Source: Candidatus Poribacteria bacterium (GTDB lineage: Bacteria > Poribacteria > WGA-4E > JAJDTR01). Taken from it: a DNA stretch of 64,000 bases. The stretch covers positions 2,272,001 through 2,336,000 of the forward strand of contig CBDCTK010000002.1 in the NCBI GenBank assembly GCA_965222225.1, in the 5' to 3' direction. Shown here piece by piece: positions 61,663 through 64,000 of this stretch; positions within the stretch are counted from its first letter, which is position 1, and the number at the start of each line of letters is the position of its first letter. The position numbers were made by a program, and so were the translations under genes. Below the pieces are notes generated by a model. The model saw nothing but the letters and a program-made list of their open reading frames with translations, was not told the DNA's origin and made no database searches.

Positions 61663-61832
61663 ATCGCCGACCTTGCGAACAAAAGCGCACTGGTGGTAAT
61701 CGACCGCATTCCCGGACGATGCCTTGATGTACCCCTGGACGCCCTCACCGTATCGAAGAACAACGACGCCACGAGTATCAATACCAGATGAATCGCCACG
61801 CTCAACAGAAAAGTATTCATGCGATTTCTCAT
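61659..61832 (-). CDS. 57-aa single-TM ORF coupled to the upstream gene
   Basis: ATGA overlap at 61829-61832; MRNRMNTFLLSVAIHLVLILVASLFF; possibly frameshifted. Confidence 0.4.
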   Translation of the reverse strand: MRNRMNTFLLSVAIHLVLILVASLFFDTVRASRGTSRHRPGMRSITTSALLFARSAI

Positions 61833-62158
61833 TTGATTCTCCCTTCACCTAGAGTTGCCAACCGATACCTGTTCTTGTCCCAGGTGCGTACCGCGCCGTT
61901 CCCGTATTCATTCACGCTCATTTCCGCCCCTGGTTCGCCATCTTTGCCTTTCACGCTAACCAACCCGCCCATTGTGCCGGGGAATATCCACACCGCACCA
62001 TCCGGATTCTCCACGACTAACTCTGTGCAGGTTATCTTCCCAAAGCTAACATCCGATTGGCTTTGCGCTCCCACTGGCGAGAACGAACCCACCACCATCG
62101 TTAGAATTGCCCCGACAACACCACCAATCACCGCCGCATAGATCAATTCTCGTTTCAT
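61829..62158 (-). CDS. Secreted Gly-rich beta-strand protein, paralog 2 (109 aa)
   Basis: GGAGG RBS; MKRELIYAAVIGGVVGAILTMVVGSFSPVGAQSQSD..FGKITC. Confidence 0.75.
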   Translation of the reverse strand: MKRELIYAAVIGGVVGAILTMVVGSFSPVGAQSQSDVSFGKITCTELVVENPDGAVWIFPGTMGGLVSVKGKDGEPGAEMSVNEYGNGAVRTWDKNRYRLATLGEGRIK

Positions 62159-62178
62159 CTGTTTTCCTCCTTTTTTGC

Positions 62179-63135
62179 CTACTTCCCATCTTTGAACCGG
62201 GCGATTGCGCCCCGTTCCGCCAGTTCTGCCTTTGCATAATGCGCCGGCATACTCGGTGATTTCCAACGCCCCGCCGTCTGCATGTCCACGACTGACGCCC
62301 CGGCTTGCGCCAGCGACACCGCCGAACCGACCCGGAGTGAGTGTCCGCTGATGAATCCTTCCACGCCCGCTTCGGCAGCCCAACGTTTTATCGCCTCGCG
62401 TACCCCCTTCGTTGACAGTCTGCCTTTGCCCAGATGTTGACGGAATCTCACTCTCCGGAACAGAGCTCCGCGCTCAATCCCCGACTTCCGCAGGTAACGT
62501 TTAATCACACGCCTTGTGGATTCGCAGATATACAACGCCTCGCCCTTGCCTTCCTGATCCGTCTTACTGGCTTTCAAGGGTAGCACACTCCCTTTGATGT
62601 CCCCGACATTGACCGACACAACCTCCGAGATACGCAACAGACAATCGCTCATGAGGCTGATCATGGCAGAATCCCTCAACCCCGCAAGCGTCCGGCTCGC
62701 TTCGGCGAATGAGCAGACCCGATCCACTTCCTTCCATGTCAACCCGTCAACTTGACCGCGTCCCCTGTCCTTGCCCTCGCGTCGAATCCCCGCCAGTGTT
62801 CGCTCCGTGATTGCGCCAACCACCTCTTTTTGATTCCGGTTCTTTGCGCTCCACTTGATCGCGGCAACCGCTTGACTGATTGTGGCGGGCGATTTGCCCT
62901 GCCGGTGCAACTGCGTGATATAGTCCGCCAGTACCGCGTCATTCAATCCGTGATTGCCGTTGCCGGCGCTGTCGATACGAAACCCGTTCTCGGCAACCGA
63001 CAGCCACGCCTCAAGTTCTTTGAGCGCCCTTCGGTACGCCTTGTGCGTGTTCTCCGCGACGCCGGCTCTAATCAACTCCTCCGTTTCAATACTGATAGCC
63101 AGTGCGCTATCCTGTCTCACTGCCAACTCATTCAT
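62179..63135 (-). CDS. Cre-like tyrosine recombinase/integrase
   Basis: N-terminal core-binding domain (NTHKAY); LRISE, SKTDQ, GHSLR, GRW, HY catalytic residues all present. Confidence 0.93.
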   Translation of the reverse strand: MNELAVRQDSALAISIETEELIRAGVAENTHKAYRRALKELEAWLSVAENGFRIDSAGNGNHGLNDAVLADYITQLHRQGKSPATISQAVAAIKWSAKNRNQKEVVGAITERTLAGIRREGKDRGRGQVDGLTWKEVDRVCSFAEASRTLAGLRDSAMISLMSDCLLRISEVVSVNVGDIKGSVLPLKASKTDQEGKGEALYICESTRRVIKRYLRKSGIERGALFRRVRFRQHLGKGRLSTKGVREAIKRWAAEAGVEGFISGHSLRVGSAVSLAQAGASVVDMQTAGRWKSPSMPAHYAKAELAERGAIARFKDGK

Positions 63136-63141
63136 GATTCA

Positions 63142-63696
63142 TCACCTAAGGCGTGTCGTTACTCCGTTCTTGTCCCTCGCGCCAACCATTCCACCGTATT
63201 TAGTAATCAACATTAACGCGGATGATTCCCCATCTCCGCCAAACACGCCGACAGCCCCACCGTGTGGATTCGTTTCCATAACCGCACTTCCTCCGTCCTT
63301 GCCACGCACGATAACGCGCCCGCCATGTTCGTCGGTCGTCAAATACACGTTCAACCGCACTACCCCAATGTCGTTGTCGTCGGTTCTACCTACGCCGATA
63401 GAATTACTACCTATAACCGAGACGGATCCTTCGCTACCGTGTATGTCCACCCCGGCTGCTGTCATTTCTGTGCGGAGACTGCCACCTCCTACTATGACGC
63501 CCGTCGAATCTATCACTGTCGTGAGACTAGGCACTCCGTAGCCTCCGACCAGTCGCAAGCGGCGGCAGGTTATCTCGCCGAAGTTACCATCCGATTGGCT
63601 CTGTGCTCCCAGTGGAGAGAACGAGCACACCACCAGCGTTAGAACTGTCCCGACAACACCGCCTATCACTGCATACAACGCCTCTTTCCTTCGCAT
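63142..63696 (-). CDS. Secreted Gly-rich beta-strand protein, paralog 1 (184 aa)
   Basis: AAGGAG RBS; MRRKEALYAVIGGVVGTVLTLVVCSFSPLGAQSQSD..FGEITC; ends 6 bp before the recombinase start. Confidence 0.78.
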   Translation of the reverse strand: MRRKEALYAVIGGVVGTVLTLVVCSFSPLGAQSQSDGNFGEITCRRLRLVGGYGVPSLTTVIDSTGVIVGGGSLRTEMTAAGVDIHGSEGSVSVIGSNSIGVGRTDDNDIGVVRLNVYLTTDEHGGRVIVRGKDGGSAVMETNPHGGAVGVFGGDGESSALMLITKYGGMVGARDKNGVTTRLR

Positions 63697-63876
63697 CGTA
63701 AATCTCCTTTTGAGTTCGCTTCTGAAGCCAACGATTAACTTACTGTCGATAAAATTGGTATTATACACAATGACATAGTGTTATATGAAACTTTCCCTCG
63801 ATAGTATTTCCATTGATAAACCAGCATATTCCCATTATAATACATCATTCCTAATTGTCTAGGGAGGTCATACACC

Positions 63877-64000
63877 ATGCAAAAAACGTCTCAGAAGCAA
63901 ACTTCTCAGCGTCTACCTTCCCGAACCCCTTATCCGAGAATTATCCGAAGTCGGTGAGGCACTCGACCGTGCCATGTCCAATGTCGCGGCAGAGATGATT
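63877..64000 (+). pseudogene. Ribbon-helix-helix (CopG-like) regulator, out of frame at an A6 run; partial
   Basis: GGAGG RBS and ATG. The shifted frame reads KRLRSKLLSVYLPEPLIRELSEVGEALDRAMSNVAAEMI. Confidence 0.5.

Overview
A 64-kb bacterial chromosomal window, most likely from Candidatus Poribacteria. This is inferred from the C-terminal 'AVDPAGKLSTTWGKLK' tail, an 'ETMLLPNYPNPFNPETWIPY' sorting domain and the PhyH/sulfatase/enolase-superfamily richness. The middle (about 24-57 kb) is a catabolic cluster: enolase-superfamily dehydratases, CehA/McbA hydrolases, LLM oxidoreductase, aldolase, GH20-like protein, SDRs, PhyH, sulfatase, PIG-L, and a sigma54 activator with a clear downstream promoter. 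The left part has a 2560-aa LysM/M28-like/FtsX fusion, a DUF6785-type membrane protein, two inverted 1249-bp IS1595-family copies with 8-bp TSDs, and a low-GC four-gene TIR-X-TM-TIR putative defence operon broken by one IS. The right end has an intact Cre-like tyrosine recombinase between two paralogous secreted-protein genes, followed by three co-oriented decayed copies of its own 3' end interleaved with cargo. The most striking unexplained signal is a 37-nt element in about 15 or more dispersed copies. It folds into a hairpin with tandem G.A mismatches, shows compensatory base changes, and appears inserted without target duplication into a gene, into REP palindromes and into itself. About ten genes are pseudogenised. 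No rRNA, tRNA or CRISPR array was seen. All family assignments are from motif recognition by eye, not database searches.
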